Assembly (NCBI GenBank): GCA_003693705.1
Contig: RBZT01000364.1
Coordinates: 1-64,000 of the forward strand
Direction of reading: 5' to 3'
Source of the DNA: Polymyxa betae A26-41
Taxonomy: Eukaryota; Protista; Endomyxa: Phytomyxea
DNA length: 64,000 nt
The position numbers were made by a program, and so were the translations under genes. The notes beneath the pieces were generated by a model. The model searched no databases. It was given only the letters and a program-made list of their open reading frames with translations, and had not been told where the DNA came from. Of this stretch, positions 1 to 12,894 are shown one piece after another (the stretch's first letter is position 1; the number at the start of each line of letters is the position of its first letter).

Positions 1-130
1 TGTTTAACTGGATCAGTAACAATAACAGTAATGACGACGACGTTCACAATACCAATCATGATTCAAATTGTTGAGCGGCATTCTGCCCAATCAAATACTG
101 CGAACTGCGTAACGTTTGAGAGAGAAATGT

Positions 131-677
131 CAAAGTTATCCCTCGATATGGTGACAGTGTGACACCTTCAAATAGGTAGTGACATTCTCGATATAGTGAC
201 TTCCACCCCTTCGACAATTATATTTCCCATACTAATAGTGACACCCCCTGTCACTACCTTGCTTTAGTGACAGGAACAGTATTCTCCAGTGATATGTCAT
301 TATTTGGAGGAACTGTAAAGCAGCTCTAGGGGTTGTTTATTAGTCATTATATCTAAGCCCAACGTTGTAATTCTTGTTCAATACATTCTATATGCATGCT
401 AGCAATACCATCTCCTCAAGAGTCAATCGCGTCCGTTTGGAACCCGTCATGGTCGAATATGATATTTCACTCTACAAGTAAATTACTATATCCAAGAGAT
501 TTTTGAAAACTTCCGATAAGCTCCCAAAAAGAATGTGTCTCCCAATTGTATTGGGGACAAAGATATTCTCAATTATGGGGCCCAATATTAAAATATGTTA
601 GGGTTAGGGTTTTGGGTTTATTTCAGATTGTGACCCCCTCGAACAAATAGGTGTCACTATATCGAGGGATAACTCTG
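131..677. mobile_element. Non-autonomous DNA transposon (MITE), Tc1/mariner-pogo-like
   Basis: Inverted repeats agttatccctcgatatggtgaca (134-156) and tgtcactatatcgagggataact (652-674) match at 22/23. The right end reads ...ctctg|ta (CAG-starting TIR with TA target site). Internal tagtgac repeats; AT-rich; no ORF. Confidence 0.7.
597..620 (+). repeat. Short telomere-like repeat (TTAGGG/TTTTGGG) inside the MITE
   Basis: gttagggttagggttttgggttta. Confidence 0.5.
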
Positions 678-1692
678 TATTGGCCCTCTCACCCTCGCTG
701 GGTGCGTTGCTTCAGTGAGTCCAGTCCCTCTTCTAGCTTCACACTGTACAGTCAGTTGGACGTTTTCACGATAAATACTTAAAGTGAACAAAATCAAAGT
801 CATGAAAGAGCTAAAGTAATGAGCTCGTAACGTCGTTGTTACTTTTCAGACGTAGACTGGACTTGAATTCCTGATAAGACTTTTGTTGTTGAATCGTAAA
901 GTGTAGCGGTGATGACATTCGAGTAAGATGAACAAATCATGTAGCATCAAAGACTAGAAGGATAGGGTCCCTGGTTAATTGTCCAAACAGCGATCTTACA
1001 ACCAGTAAAGGTGGCTTGGCTTAGGAGCCAGCATCCGCGAACGGGTCGATAATTAACGTAACTCGAGACGACAGAACAAATAATCCTGTATCGAAATGAA
1101 ATCGAGCCCAAAGAAATATCACGATAGAAGTTCCAATAACGTAAGGCTACGAATTCCAGCACTTCCGGTCTTGATCGATTTGAATGAATATCCTCCCCGT
1201 AGAAGATAGAACCAATTTTAACGGAGAGACATAAATAGAAGTATAGTATAGCAGATCATAGCCCGGAACGTTATTTAACTCAATATGACAATCTCGTTTG
1301 GGGATCAATGAGGTTGATTAGATGAGGTGTAAACGGAGAGCTGAGATGCGATCCTGCAACGACGAACGAGACGCCCTTCCGCTTATCTTAGTGTTGTCAG
1401 ATTTTCGCAAAGCCTAAGATCAGTCTTTGACCCATTCGTCTCACTGGCGTTATAGCGCCTGCACTTTCCAGGCCAACGACAAAACCATTTGGCACACAAG
1501 GAGGCCGCTTCCCAGAAAAGTCGCCTTGTAACATTATCCGTCATTGAATACATTTAGAGTATATTGCTCATTTCTCCAATTTGTCTGGTCACCTTCGAAG
1601 GGTTGCCAGACAAGGGGTCAACAATGGAATGCGAGATCAGGGATTAATCTTAATTCGGTCGCGCCGATTGACAATCGAGTTGTGGACCGGCG

Positions 1693-4187
1693 ATGTCGCT
1701 GCCGACGTCTTACGCCTGCCGCGTCATCGCCTGTCGCACCTCGCTGTATCCAATCGTCACCACATTAGAATCTGAATACCGATTTCAAGGGCTTGGTATC
1801 TCCATCCCAATCGGTGCTCTGCCTCGGATAATTCGATTCGCTTTGACGTCTCAGTTGCCGCTGATTGCCGAATTCACTCGAGCACCCGAGCTTGATTCGA
1901 TATTCGAAAAACGCTCTATGTCGATTGCTTATTTAACCACGATTTTATTCGATTTTTTTTTGGGGATGGATGCTGGTCTTACCACTTCGATGCTTGTTGG
2001 GCCTCCGATAGCGCTATTCCCCATTTTTCGCAACGATTCCGGTGAAATACTTGACCCACAGAGACTTATGGATCTGGTGAAACCAAAACCATTGAGAAAG
2101 CTGATTGCAGAACATGCTGATATTAGTGGTGTCGTCGCGAATTCATTGCAGAGTGCAATTCGCATTGACAAATTGGCAAGCGATATGTCGGCTGCAGATA
2201 TTCCTGGAAAACGCCGTCGAAAGGAAGCAACATCAGGCCCTCTGGCGGTGCACTTTCAAATCACCAACAACAAAGACAAATTCTCTTCCCCGCTTTTGAT
2301 CGACATCGACTCTAGTACTGCCACTCCATTGAAAGCTGACGTTGTACAACATTTGTTTGCGCTTTTACATCTTGGTAAGGGAGTTAAAGACTTTTTTATA
2401 CCCAACTGGATTTAAATCATAGAGTTTTAGAGCTTCATTAATGTGTCCGTTCAGTGCCGATGTTACGCCAAATCTATCAGATTCGTGGCGTCCTGTCTTC
2501 ATTAGAAGTTGTTGATGTCGACTTGTCTTTGGATATGTTTCGTCGCGTCTTGCAAGTTCCGTTATCGCAAATTCACAGATGCTGTATAAGGCTTAACGAA
2601 AAAGCAGAACGTAATAATCGCCAATTATCGAGATAACTCATAGTAAGGTGGAATCCGCAGGCCAAAGACGGGCTTGTCTGCCTACAGATGGATGTGTTTC
2701 TAAGGAATGGATTCGGGTTATTGATGAACAGGAACACAGTCTGTATTCTGTAATAGTATTGTATAATGATTGATGATTCTGTAGCCTGATTGCTTTTAGG
2801 ACCATTTGAACATATCCAGAATATCGCTTCTCGGCAATGCTGTGATATTGTTTATCTTAGCATCACAGCTAATGGCAGTGCTGCCAAAAGCTCCTGAAGG
2901 CGTTCTGACTCAGCTACGTGCTTCGATTTTTAATCAATCGTATGTCGGAGCTGTTGCGAAAAAGCTTCAACTCGGCTCTGTCTATCTTGCCGATGAAGGT
3001 TGCTTTCGTGATTGCAACCTTTAGCTTTTGACATTGATGGTTTTGGCTTTAGAGGAATCCAGGAAAATCAGCTCTAAAACTATGCTATCGATATTCTGTT
3101 CGATATTTGGAGTTTTGTACCGCTCTCAGGGTATTCGTGCGTGTCGCGAGCTTCTAACACGCATCATATTCGATAACGGACCTGAGGATCTACGCCGTTA
3201 TTGGTCAGGATCCGATTTGAAGACTTTTGTCAAAACGATCGTTGCCGACCATGAACAAGATTGGTTCGTGTCTGCTTATTTGCTTGGCCATAGTGGTGAA
3301 CTGCTCTACCTAGGTGGAATGGGCTTGAAACCTTGCAGGCAGCAATGGGAATTCACTGGCGTCTTCCTGCTCTTGTATCCGCAGCTTTAACCCATCCTAC
3401 AGCTGGCGGCAAACATCAAGAACGTCTTGAATTTCTCGGCGATGCTGTTATGCAGGTGCGTTTCCGGAAACACTGTGATACAATGAGCTTCAATAATTTT
3501 TACTTTTGCTCTAACCTGCAGATGCTTGTTACGGATCTGCTTTTGGATCTACAGCCAGAGGCAGACGAGGGTCAGATAACCCTCTTGCGGACAGCGTTAG
3601 TGAAAAATGCAAATCTAACGCGAGTCGCCAAAACTTTCGATCTCGAGAATTGCATCGCTTGCAGAACTTTCAAAAAGAATCCTAAATAGTACATGACGCG
3701 GGGTATCCCTGGTTGTTTCCTGATTTTGTTTTAGCATCGCCGATGCGGTTGAGGCCTTGATCGGATCACTTTACCTAGATAGCAGTCTTGGTATTTACAG
3801 TTGAATGTTCTTTTAGCTAGATGGTCTTATCTTGTTGTCTCAGGCACTTGTCGAGAATTTATATCTCACTTCATTATTGACGACGAGATCTTGGCGCTCG
3901 AAACCAAAAGCTTATTGGGTCCAAAAAATTCGCTGCAAGAGCGTCTTGTCTCTTTATATCCCTCGTCGCAACATTTCCCAATTTACGTTCAGGTGAATTG
4001 TTCAAAACTGTCCAGTACTTCTTTTCTTAAAAGTTTTCAGAGCAAATCTGTTAATAGCATGGATTCGTTTGAAGTGGATGTCTATCACGATAAAACATTA
4101 TTGGCCAGAGGTACTGGCCGAACACTGAAGGAAGCAGAGAACGACGCAGCTAGTAATGCCCTCAAAGCACTTGAAAGCAGACAGTGA
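1693..4187 (+). CDS. Drosha/Dicer-like RNase III protein (N-terminal region, RNase IIIa, RNase IIIb, dsRBD), spliced
   Basis: ALTHPT...QERLEFLGDA and IADAVEALIGSLYLDS (RNase IIIb); a degenerate first domain SRISLLGNA...EGVLTQLRAS; C-terminal dsRBD PKNSLQE...GTGRTLKEAENDAASNAL. Confidence 0.85.
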
Positions 4188-4253
4188 CGACAAGTACTTA
4201 TTATGTATTTTTCACCCCTAGTGTATCCATAATGTTATTTATGTATAAAACGA

Positions 4254-7200
4254 CTATTTGCCGAGGTGCCTTTTAGGCTCCAATTTCAGCGTTATCGTTT
4301 CAGACGCGATTATGTAGCGTTTTGCACATGCTTCATGCTCTATCTCTATAACTCAGTTTAAGTTTTCAGACGTAAGGGAACATTATTAGATTATAGTTGT
4401 TGCATTGGCCCCCAAAGCCATGACAGCTGGCGATTGACGGCAACACAACCTGATAGCACGATCGATATGACCCGATTGCCATGACGAGAACATCAACTTT
4501 TCATGGCGGATTAAAGAACCAACAACCATCAGTATCTTCCCGTCCTTCATACCATAAGTCAAGAATTCGTTAAGAACAATTCCTGGGTGCGTATTCGTCA
4601 ATACGAGCAGCATTTAGGTTTAAAAGTGCCAGACCTTGAACGATTTCGTGTGTGCCTATTTGTAAGAGGAGCAAACCTCTCCAACTGACAGCCATAATCA
4701 TCGGCTCACTCTCTATATGTCCCTTCTTTGTCGTCGTTAATTTCTCGATATGGAAGAAATTCGATCCGAACGTCGGCATATGCTGAGCTTCATCTAGAAA
4801 CAATCTGAAAGTAAACCGTGAGAGAGAGACAAAAGAATAGTGGAGTCTCCAGCACCTCCTCGCTTTACTTGTCGTCATAACGTCTCCTAGCCGATATACA
4901 TGTGCTTCTATCTTTGAAACCAGCTCGGATTCAGTATACTCCAACCTGTTTGAAATGCAATTGAACTGAAGCAATTCAGAGTGCGGCAGTTCGGTTTGGT
5001 ACCTGATTTTTGAGGGAATGATTTTATCGAGTTTGTTTCGAATCATGTCCACTATTTCGACATGACGACAATCAAAACAGCTTTGAATAATCAGGCCACC
5101 CAATGATATATAATCGTTATTGGTCAACTTATGGTATCCATGCAGGACGCTATCGACAACTTCCACAAAAATCATCGATCTCGTTCCTCCTAACACAAAG
5201 AATAAGCGACGAACGAGCAGCCTCGCTTGTTTCTTTAAATGAAAACACCTTCCGATGTTACCTCTCATTTTGCTCTCATTTAGAGAATCAGCTCTGAACA
5301 TCCGAACTCGAAAAACGAATTCCAATAGTCGAGCGTTGTCGACAATATTGCATCCAGCATTTTCCAATAGTTCGCGAGACCGGCTGGGTCGTGATGTAAC
5401 CAAATCCATGATACGGTCGCCACTAAAAACAGTCAAACAGGGCAGCAAATTATATGTTCTTGATACTATTCCAAAGGTAGAAATAATCGTCCTCCCTTCC
5501 CATCCAGAACCGTTTCGCACAGAGTCAATCCTTCGTCTTGATCTGTCTAAAGAGACATATACCTTTTCACTGAATGCTTTCGTAGACATATCGTCAGTTT
5601 TGCTTACATCGAAGAACTCGCAGCATAACGCCAGCACATCGTGAACTGTTGATTGCGAATGGACAGCAACTTGCACCGATTCACCATGCAATAGATGAAC
5701 GCGAGCAATGTTAGGCTGTAGATTTTTGATAGCGGTTAGTTCCTCCTCTAGTGGTTGTTCAAGGCGATTGCCGCGAGCCATGGTCAGCTCTAAGGAATGA
5801 ATGCAAGCCACGACAATCGTATTTTGCGGTTCCTAGAAAAGTATTTAGGTTCGCTTTCAATGCAACGCGGCAAGGAAAATCACACCTGAATATTCTCCAA
5901 AAGTTGCTGAAAGAAAAAAGATCGTAGATAGCAGGCCAGCTCTTCGCTTGGACCGAAGATGCAGCAGCAAATCAGCATCAATCTCCAGCCTAAATCTAGT
6001 GAAGTCATCGATGGGTTCTTGCTGATTTGTTTCACAATTAGGAGGTAAATCTCGTTCCGAATGTCCTTGAAGCATCTCAGAAATCTCGGTTTAGCTCAAA
6101 GAATTAAACACTACCTCGTTGCCAGAAAGGGCTACTTTTACTATTCGCGAGGCATGCCCAAACCAGTCTTTGCTTGACTTCCGATCTTGCATAAACGATT
6201 GTATATTCTTGTACATCTGAGCGGATGTCGTTTGACCATCAGCAGAAGAGCAGGTTTCTTTGCTTAACGGCGCTTTCAGTTTCCCATTCGAATGCCGTAC
6301 AATTGTGTTCATATCAGGTGTAGCCGATGACGACCCAAACCAAGATCTGAGCAAATTTGTTTGAATCACGAGAAATTCAACACAAACGGAATATATGACT
6401 TTGGCACAATAAAGTGGGCGGCGACATAGCCAGAAAATGGATATAAGGCTGCTTCTGTTTGGCAATCAGAAGCAGAAGGTTTGGGCCAAGAGGGCAAAGG
6501 GATTGTGGAAATCTGAAGTCCGTCCCATGAGTTGCCATCTAGAACCTGTTACGCAATGAGAAAATTTGGCCATCCAGCAAGATGAGAAATGTCGACCTTC
6601 AATCTTGAGCCGTAATCTTGAAATGGAGAAGTTTCATTGGTCCCAGCATGTTCACTTGCTTGGCGTTTGTGCTTCGGACGAGGCGGCTCAGTAAGAATAT
6701 TCTTCGATATACTCGATTGCCTTCAAAATTGGTGAGTATCAAAATGAAGCGTTTAATATTGGTAAATCAAACCAATCACAACGCTTTAAAAGGTAATCAC
6801 CTGCTCAGGTACCTTGAGTGTCTTCCACCTAAGCTAGCCGAGCTATCACCTCGCATTAGCTTTCGATCTTTCATCGATAAGCACGGCTTATTGTCTTCTT
6901 CATCGCTGAAGTCGAATTGATCCGCTTCGTTCAGATCTAGATCGGCTATGGCGACCGCATCGTTCTGGTCGGTAGCTAGCACCGGCTCCTCCAAAGCTTC
7001 GTTCAGTTCGTGCTGGACTTCATCAAGCAAGGCAGTAGCGACACGAGATTTATAATCTGTTTTTCGACTGATAGCAGCGAATCGACCAGACGAGGTCGTA
7101 TATACAACAGGCTTGTCATCGGCATTGTCGTCTTTAGGCGGATCGTCCTCAACAGACGATTTCACCTCGAGCTGATCTGGTTTCTCCCAGGTTGTCACTC

Positions 7201-7276
7201 CTGTCTTTATGTTGGCATAATAGATCTGCCCGGTGGATTCATCCAGGACTTCCATCCATGGGCTGTCATCGTCCAT
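4254..7276 (-). CDS. WW-MyTH4-FERM domain protein, spliced; 3' end approximate
   Basis: N-terminal WW (PWMEVLDESTGQIYYANIKTGVTTWEKP); MyTH4-like (LKAPLS...MYKNIQSFMQDR); FERM F1 (RVHLLHGESVQVAVHSQSTVHDV) and F3 (PTFGSNFFHI...MAVSWRGL). Confidence 0.8.
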
Positions 7277-7646
7277 GTTTCCAAAGATTCAGTACCATAG
7301 AAAGATCGGTCGTGGCCTCGAAATCTCCCCAGAGATATCTCGACCTGCAGCGATTGCTCATCCGTGAAACGCCTTGTAGAGGTCTCAATATAAAGCACGA
7401 AAGTTAACTATGGCTAAAAAGTACGTATTGAAGCTGACAGTGCCCCATAACCCCACCAGATCTTCATGTAAACTCTTCTTGCAAGCTAAATATGCTAGTA
7501 AGACCGACCCAGAATGTTACTAGCAATCCATGATCGCGAACCACTTCCAATGGTTAAAAACGTGATTGGCCTTTCGTAGCAGACACCGCAAAGTCTGTTA
7601 CGAAAAGAATTTCTTTATCTGTGTCAATTGAATACAATCACGGTAA

Positions 7647-7666
7647 GGTTAGGGTTTTAGGGTTTT
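7647..7666 (+). promoter_or_regulatory. Telo-box-like/telomeric motif in the divergent promoter between the FERM gene and AP-4 sigma
   Basis: ggttagggttttagggtttt about 75 nt upstream of the AP4S1 ATG. Confidence 0.3.
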
Positions 7667-7740
7667 CATTGGTGGATTGATAGGCCTCGCGGTAGTTGTA
7701 TATTGTGGCTAAGTCGCAATCGTCACTTGCTTTTGCTACT

Positions 7741-8294
7741 ATGGGCGCCGGAAAGCTGACGATCCGCTTCGTCCTGATGGTTAATAAACAGGGACAGACG
7801 CGTCTCGCCAGGTATTTTCAAGATCTCACAATCGAGGAAAGAGTCGCACTCGAATCCGAAATTATTCGCAAATGTCTTTCTCGTAATGAAACTCAGGTAA
7901 GGATGAATGACATTTTAGCTGTTCAAACACGTCTTATTGTCTTTGCAGTGCTCTTTTATTGAGTATCGCGATTACAAAGTAGTATATCGGCGGTATGCAT
8001 CTCTGTTTTTTGTTATTGGATTGGAAGACGTTCCTGGGATCAATGAGTTGGCAGTCTTGGAGTTTATTCATACCCTTGTAGAAACCCTAGACCAATATTT
8101 TGAGAATGTTTGTGAACTGGATGTAAGAATGTTAGGTTTTTCACTCCAATGGTCTCAGATTTTTGCAGATTATGTTTAATATCGATAAAGCTCATTTCAT
8201 CCTCGATGAAATGGTGATGAATGGGGAAATAATTGAAACAAACCGAAGCTTGATTTTAGAACCCATTAGGCTAATGGAAAAACACAGCAGTTAA
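7741..8294 (+). CDS. AP4S1: AP-4 complex subunit sigma (2 introns)
   Basis: [18 protein letters not shown]...[29 protein letters not shown]...[27 protein letters not shown]. Confidence 0.92.
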
Positions 8295-8372
8295 ATTTTG
8301 ATTGATAATCGTTGAGAAAATATCACTGCTAATGTAACAATTCTAATATCCATTTATAACAATAATAAATAA

Positions 8373-11156
8373 TCATAATTTCTTTTCAAAGAAGTTTGGT
8401 GCAATTTCAGTTAGTAAGGTGGGTTCAATCTTCGTCAGATCGCGTATATATATCTGATCGGTGTGAATGGCATCGTAATAGATGGTCCACTGAGGGGACT
8501 GATCCACCTAGGTAAATGAGTAAATGCAAAATCTGATCATCCCCAGGGATTTTACCAGAACTGAATTGGGATGAATCCGTAATTGGACTTTCGCCATGTT
8601 GTGTGTAGTGCTGTGAGGAAATGAACAGGCGAAATCGTTGCAGCAAATGGAAGCTTACAGAGTAGAATACGTCCCATCTCTTTGCAAAGAGGCAACATTC
8701 ATGAAAAACCCAGACACAATGCTTCTTATTATTGGCGCTACCTTTTCACCACACGAAATGATCGGCAGATCTAGATCCATGCTTAAATGCACAAGCATAG
8801 CTAAGGAAGTTTGGAAAACTCACTCAAGCTTTTGAACGCCCTTGTAATACGTTTTCGGATTTGTGAAGCCCTTCGCATTGACCTCAGATCGATACTGTAG
8901 TCGTTGCACCAAGATTCCCCATTTCCACTCATACTGTAACCCCTCCAAACATTGAGCAACGTTATAAGGTCACCTGTAATTTCGTTAACTGAATGCAGCA
9001 TTAACAAGGAAACGAACCTTCGCCAACAGCGAACTTTTTATGTCCTTTGATTGATTGCCCAGAAAAATTCTTATTTCGCGGGCGAGAGAAAACATTGTTC
9101 ACAGAAAGCATTGCAGCAATATCTATCTGCATCGAAATCAGCATTACATCGGACAAATAGCCTGCGACAGTTACCATTTCGCTTGAGCATCCATGAGCGA
9201 CGGATTCTAGCAGCGCCTTGCTTAAGCGACAAGACAGGTTAAATTCTATAATGGAGGAGCCGATTGTAGTTAAAGTCGACAAATCATCAATTGCACCCAA
9301 AGAATACAATAATTGAAGTGCAGAGGAAAGCGATAACACGGATGGCGCTTCCAGATATTCGAAATGAACTTCAACACTTCTGTAAGCAGAGGGAACACAC
9401 AAAATTTGAAGCAATTACTCAGGTCTCTGATTCCGATAGCTTTAAGGTAAAGAACCATAAGATCAGGGGATTCTCTCCTGATTGCAGGCGATGGATATGC
9501 CTATCCGGGATGTGTGAACCGCCTTCGGTACGTGTAACAGTTAGATTTTACCTGCAGCTTTTTGAAAGTTTCGACAGTGTACATCCGGTACACGTGACCA
9601 GGTCGTACACGCCCGGCACGCCCAGCACGCTGAGCAGCTTCAGCTTGAGATATCGGAACTAAGGATACGTTAGCTTTGATACTCAGATAAATTGCTAGCA
9701 GGATTACCGGTTTGAAATGTTTGGAAACCTGTCTGCGGTTCGAAAGCAGACTGTTTCGCAAAACCGCTATCAACAACATAAACTACAGACGGAACAGTCA
9801 CTGAAGTCTCAGATATATTTGTGCTGATAATGGCCTTGCGATAGGACGATGCCGATGGTTCCAGTACCTATGTAGAATCAGAAATTGGCAAATGAGCTTT
9901 AACGACTAGAAACCTTAATTTGCTCGTTGTGATGTAGGCCAGAGTACATAGGCAACGCTCGTAATGGTCGAGACTTAGAATCCGTTTCACTTCGTTCACG
10001 CAGCAAGAATGTGACTTGATCAACCTTAACAAGTACTTAGTCTTCATTCGGGATAAACACATGGGGAAAGCACCTCATCCTTAGAGGGCAGAAACACGAG
10101 AATGTCACCCGAAGGCAGCCGAACGTGTATATTCATGATCAATTCAACACAGTCTTGAATATAATTGCGAATAGGTTCAGAAGCATACAGGGCCTGAGTT
10201 TTCAATCAGCAAAATATACGAATTTTAACACAAACATGGAATTACTTGAACTGGATAGAGAGAATTTTCAACACTGACTACAACCGCAGTTGCATCTTCA
10301 TGGCTTCCATTCGGATTCATTTCGAAGAAATCTTTGAAAAGGTCGGTATCTATGGTGGCCGATGAAATCACAATCCGAAGATCTGGGCGCCGAAAGCAGA
10401 TTTTTCTTAACAGCCCCCTAAAAAGCGGTTATTCCACTGAACGACACTCAAACAACTATTACAGAAGCACATCAGTTTCCATGGTACGTTCGTGAGCTTC
10501 ATCGATAATGACGACAGAATAAGCGGAAAACAGAGGGTCTTTCATCAGTTCAGCAATTAAAATACGATCAGTGACAAACTCGATCTGTGTATTGGCAGAT
10601 CGACGATCTTCGAAAGGCACCGAGTATCCAACAATACCACCGATCTCGACTCCCATCTCCTGTGCTACACGAGTAGCAATCGTCACGGCTGATAATCTGC
10701 CCTAGCCGATCAGATATACAGCAAAACTACTGAAAGAAGCACTTACGGCCGCGGTTGACTGCAAATGATTCGGTACCCAAGACGGCTCCAACCACTTTCA
10801 TGCTGAGAAGAAGATTGGTGAACGGCTAAACCAATAACGAATCGGATTACGAGATACTGAGGAATTTGAGTAGATTTGCCGCATCCCGCCTGACCACTAA
10901 CAACAATGCAGCGAAATTTCTCAAATGCATAAACCAATTCGTCCCCTAAACCGTTTCAACGATCCTGTAAAGAATCAAATATGGAAATTATCCGCATACG
11001 ATGTTGAAATATGGGAAGCTGCTGCCTTTGGGACGACACCGATAGGTGGGCTAATGGGTTGAACACGACCGGCTGCTGATCAGCACCGGCATCCCTATCG
11101 GCAGCAATCCCAGGTGCCGCCGTTCCAGGGACCCAAAACCCAGCCCGGACGTCCAT
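8373..11156 (-). CDS. DHX35: DEAH-box RNA helicase, DHX35-like, spliced
   Basis: N-terminal [10 protein letters not shown] and [11 protein letters not shown] typical of DHX35; [24 protein letters not shown]; HA2/OB C-terminus. Confidence 0.88.
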
Positions 11157-11398
11157 ACTCGCAGCAACGCTCTACAACAACTCGAAATTTCCGATCTGCG
11201 TGGCCAGCGTCTCGATCGCCGTCTTCGCTCAGCAAGGGCTTCCATAACCGATAACAGAACGAGTAAGAAATAAAGGTAATCAATTGAAAGAGACGAGATG
11301 ACAGCTGCAGTTGGAAATGATTAAGCTATGAATTTGAAACGTATCATGACTGTCACTGTAAACCTGGTCCTTCTTCAACTTGAATAACCTCACAGGCA

Positions 11399-12757
11399 AT
11401 GTTTGTCGTGTTAATATGGCTTCTGGCTGCTGAGGCCATAGCGCTATCACAAGGCTCGACCTGGGAGCTGAATCGGCAGGCAATCGAGCTAGCCCAAAAT
11501 GGTGATCTGCAGGGGGCCCTGAATAAATTCAATTTAGCTCTAGAAGTACGTTGTCCTACAACTGGTTGACTTATCTAAATGTAAATTTAGACCAGCCCGA
11601 AGAATCGGGAGCTGTTTAATAATTTGGGAGTCACACTCATGCGAATGGGGAAACTCCAGCCAGCCTTGGATGCTTTTGAAAAGGCTCTTGATATCGATCC
11701 CAACCATCGCGATGCTCTTGATAACCGCCGCGAACTTCTTACCTTCATGGAAAACTCGAAAGCTGGAAAAGCTTCGTTTGAACCGCTTGAGCTTAAACCC
11801 AGGTTGAAACTGCCTCGAATTACATACAAGCAGTTGGAGTCGCCGGGATATGAAGAATATGCTGAAGGAAAGAAGCCCTTCATTCTGATTGGGGCAGCGC
11901 CTAGTTGGCCCCTATTTCAACAAAATCCGGAATGGATTTTAGAGCACCTGAAAGAAGAATGTTTGAATTCGACTGCCGACTTTTATCCACATAATATGGG
12001 TAGGGCAACATCCAGGCCGTTTCTGATACCCTTATGGCAGGCAATTGCTGAACTTCAAAATCCATCGGGAGACTTTCCTGCAGATCCGAATTATCCTGGT
12101 ACATATATTCAGTGGAATGTCCCAATGGCGGAATGGGGTTTTCTACGAAAACTCATGCATCCGATGCCCAAAGCATTTCGTTCAGATGAACGCTGGTTGC
12201 GAGAATGTCTTGTTGACAGCAACCTTATCAATGAATATTCTCTGAAATTACATTGGCGAATGCTGCTGATTGGAACCGAAAAAGCAGGCATGTTCTTTCA
12301 TAAGGACGTTCTTCGTGGGTCATCATGGCAAGTTCAAGTATCTGGAGAGAAACGTTGGACTTTATGCGACCCAATTGCAAACGAAGCAAAATTATACGAT
12401 CCTGGGGATATAGACACGTTCTCACCAGACCTAACCAAATTCCCAAGATTTGCAGATTCAGTTTGCTACGATGATGTTGTAAAGAGAGGAGAGATGCTGT
12501 TTTATCCTGGCGATTATTGGCATCAGACATTGAATCTGCAGACGCCAACAATTTCTATCTCTGGAACTATTGTGGACAACAACAACTACGAAAGTGTCAC
12601 AGAAGAATTACAAGCTGAATGCTCATATGGTAAATGGAAATGGCATCTGAGCAACCAGCTTTGCGATGCACTTCAGAACTGTTTTGATCTGTGGGATGAT
12701 GGACTTTTGAATCTCCATCCGCCTTCCAGGACTTCAGAATTGAAATCTGAACTCTAA
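11399..12757 (+). CDS. Signal peptide + TPR + JmjC 2-oxoglutarate dioxygenase with C-terminal KSEL (1 intron)
   Basis: Exon 1 MFVVLIWLLAAEAIALS...; TPR NNLGVTLMRMGKLQPALDAFEKALDIDP; JmjC GMFFHKD...GEKRW...YPGDYWHQTLN; ends in KSEL. Confidence 0.85.
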
Positions 12758-12894
12758 CAATCACTACTTATAAGAGTATCTAAAAAAATTAAATATAATT
12801 TTCTTAAAATGTTATAACGAAGAGTAGTAGCCCTTAAATTGACAAGAAGCTATCTCTCTCCGAAGTGTTTCCGGCAGAATGCAGAGAGCCTAAG

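Noticed and set aside
947-1162. 71-aa minus-strand ORF
   Set aside because: No ATG start, no motifs, no convincing splice partners.
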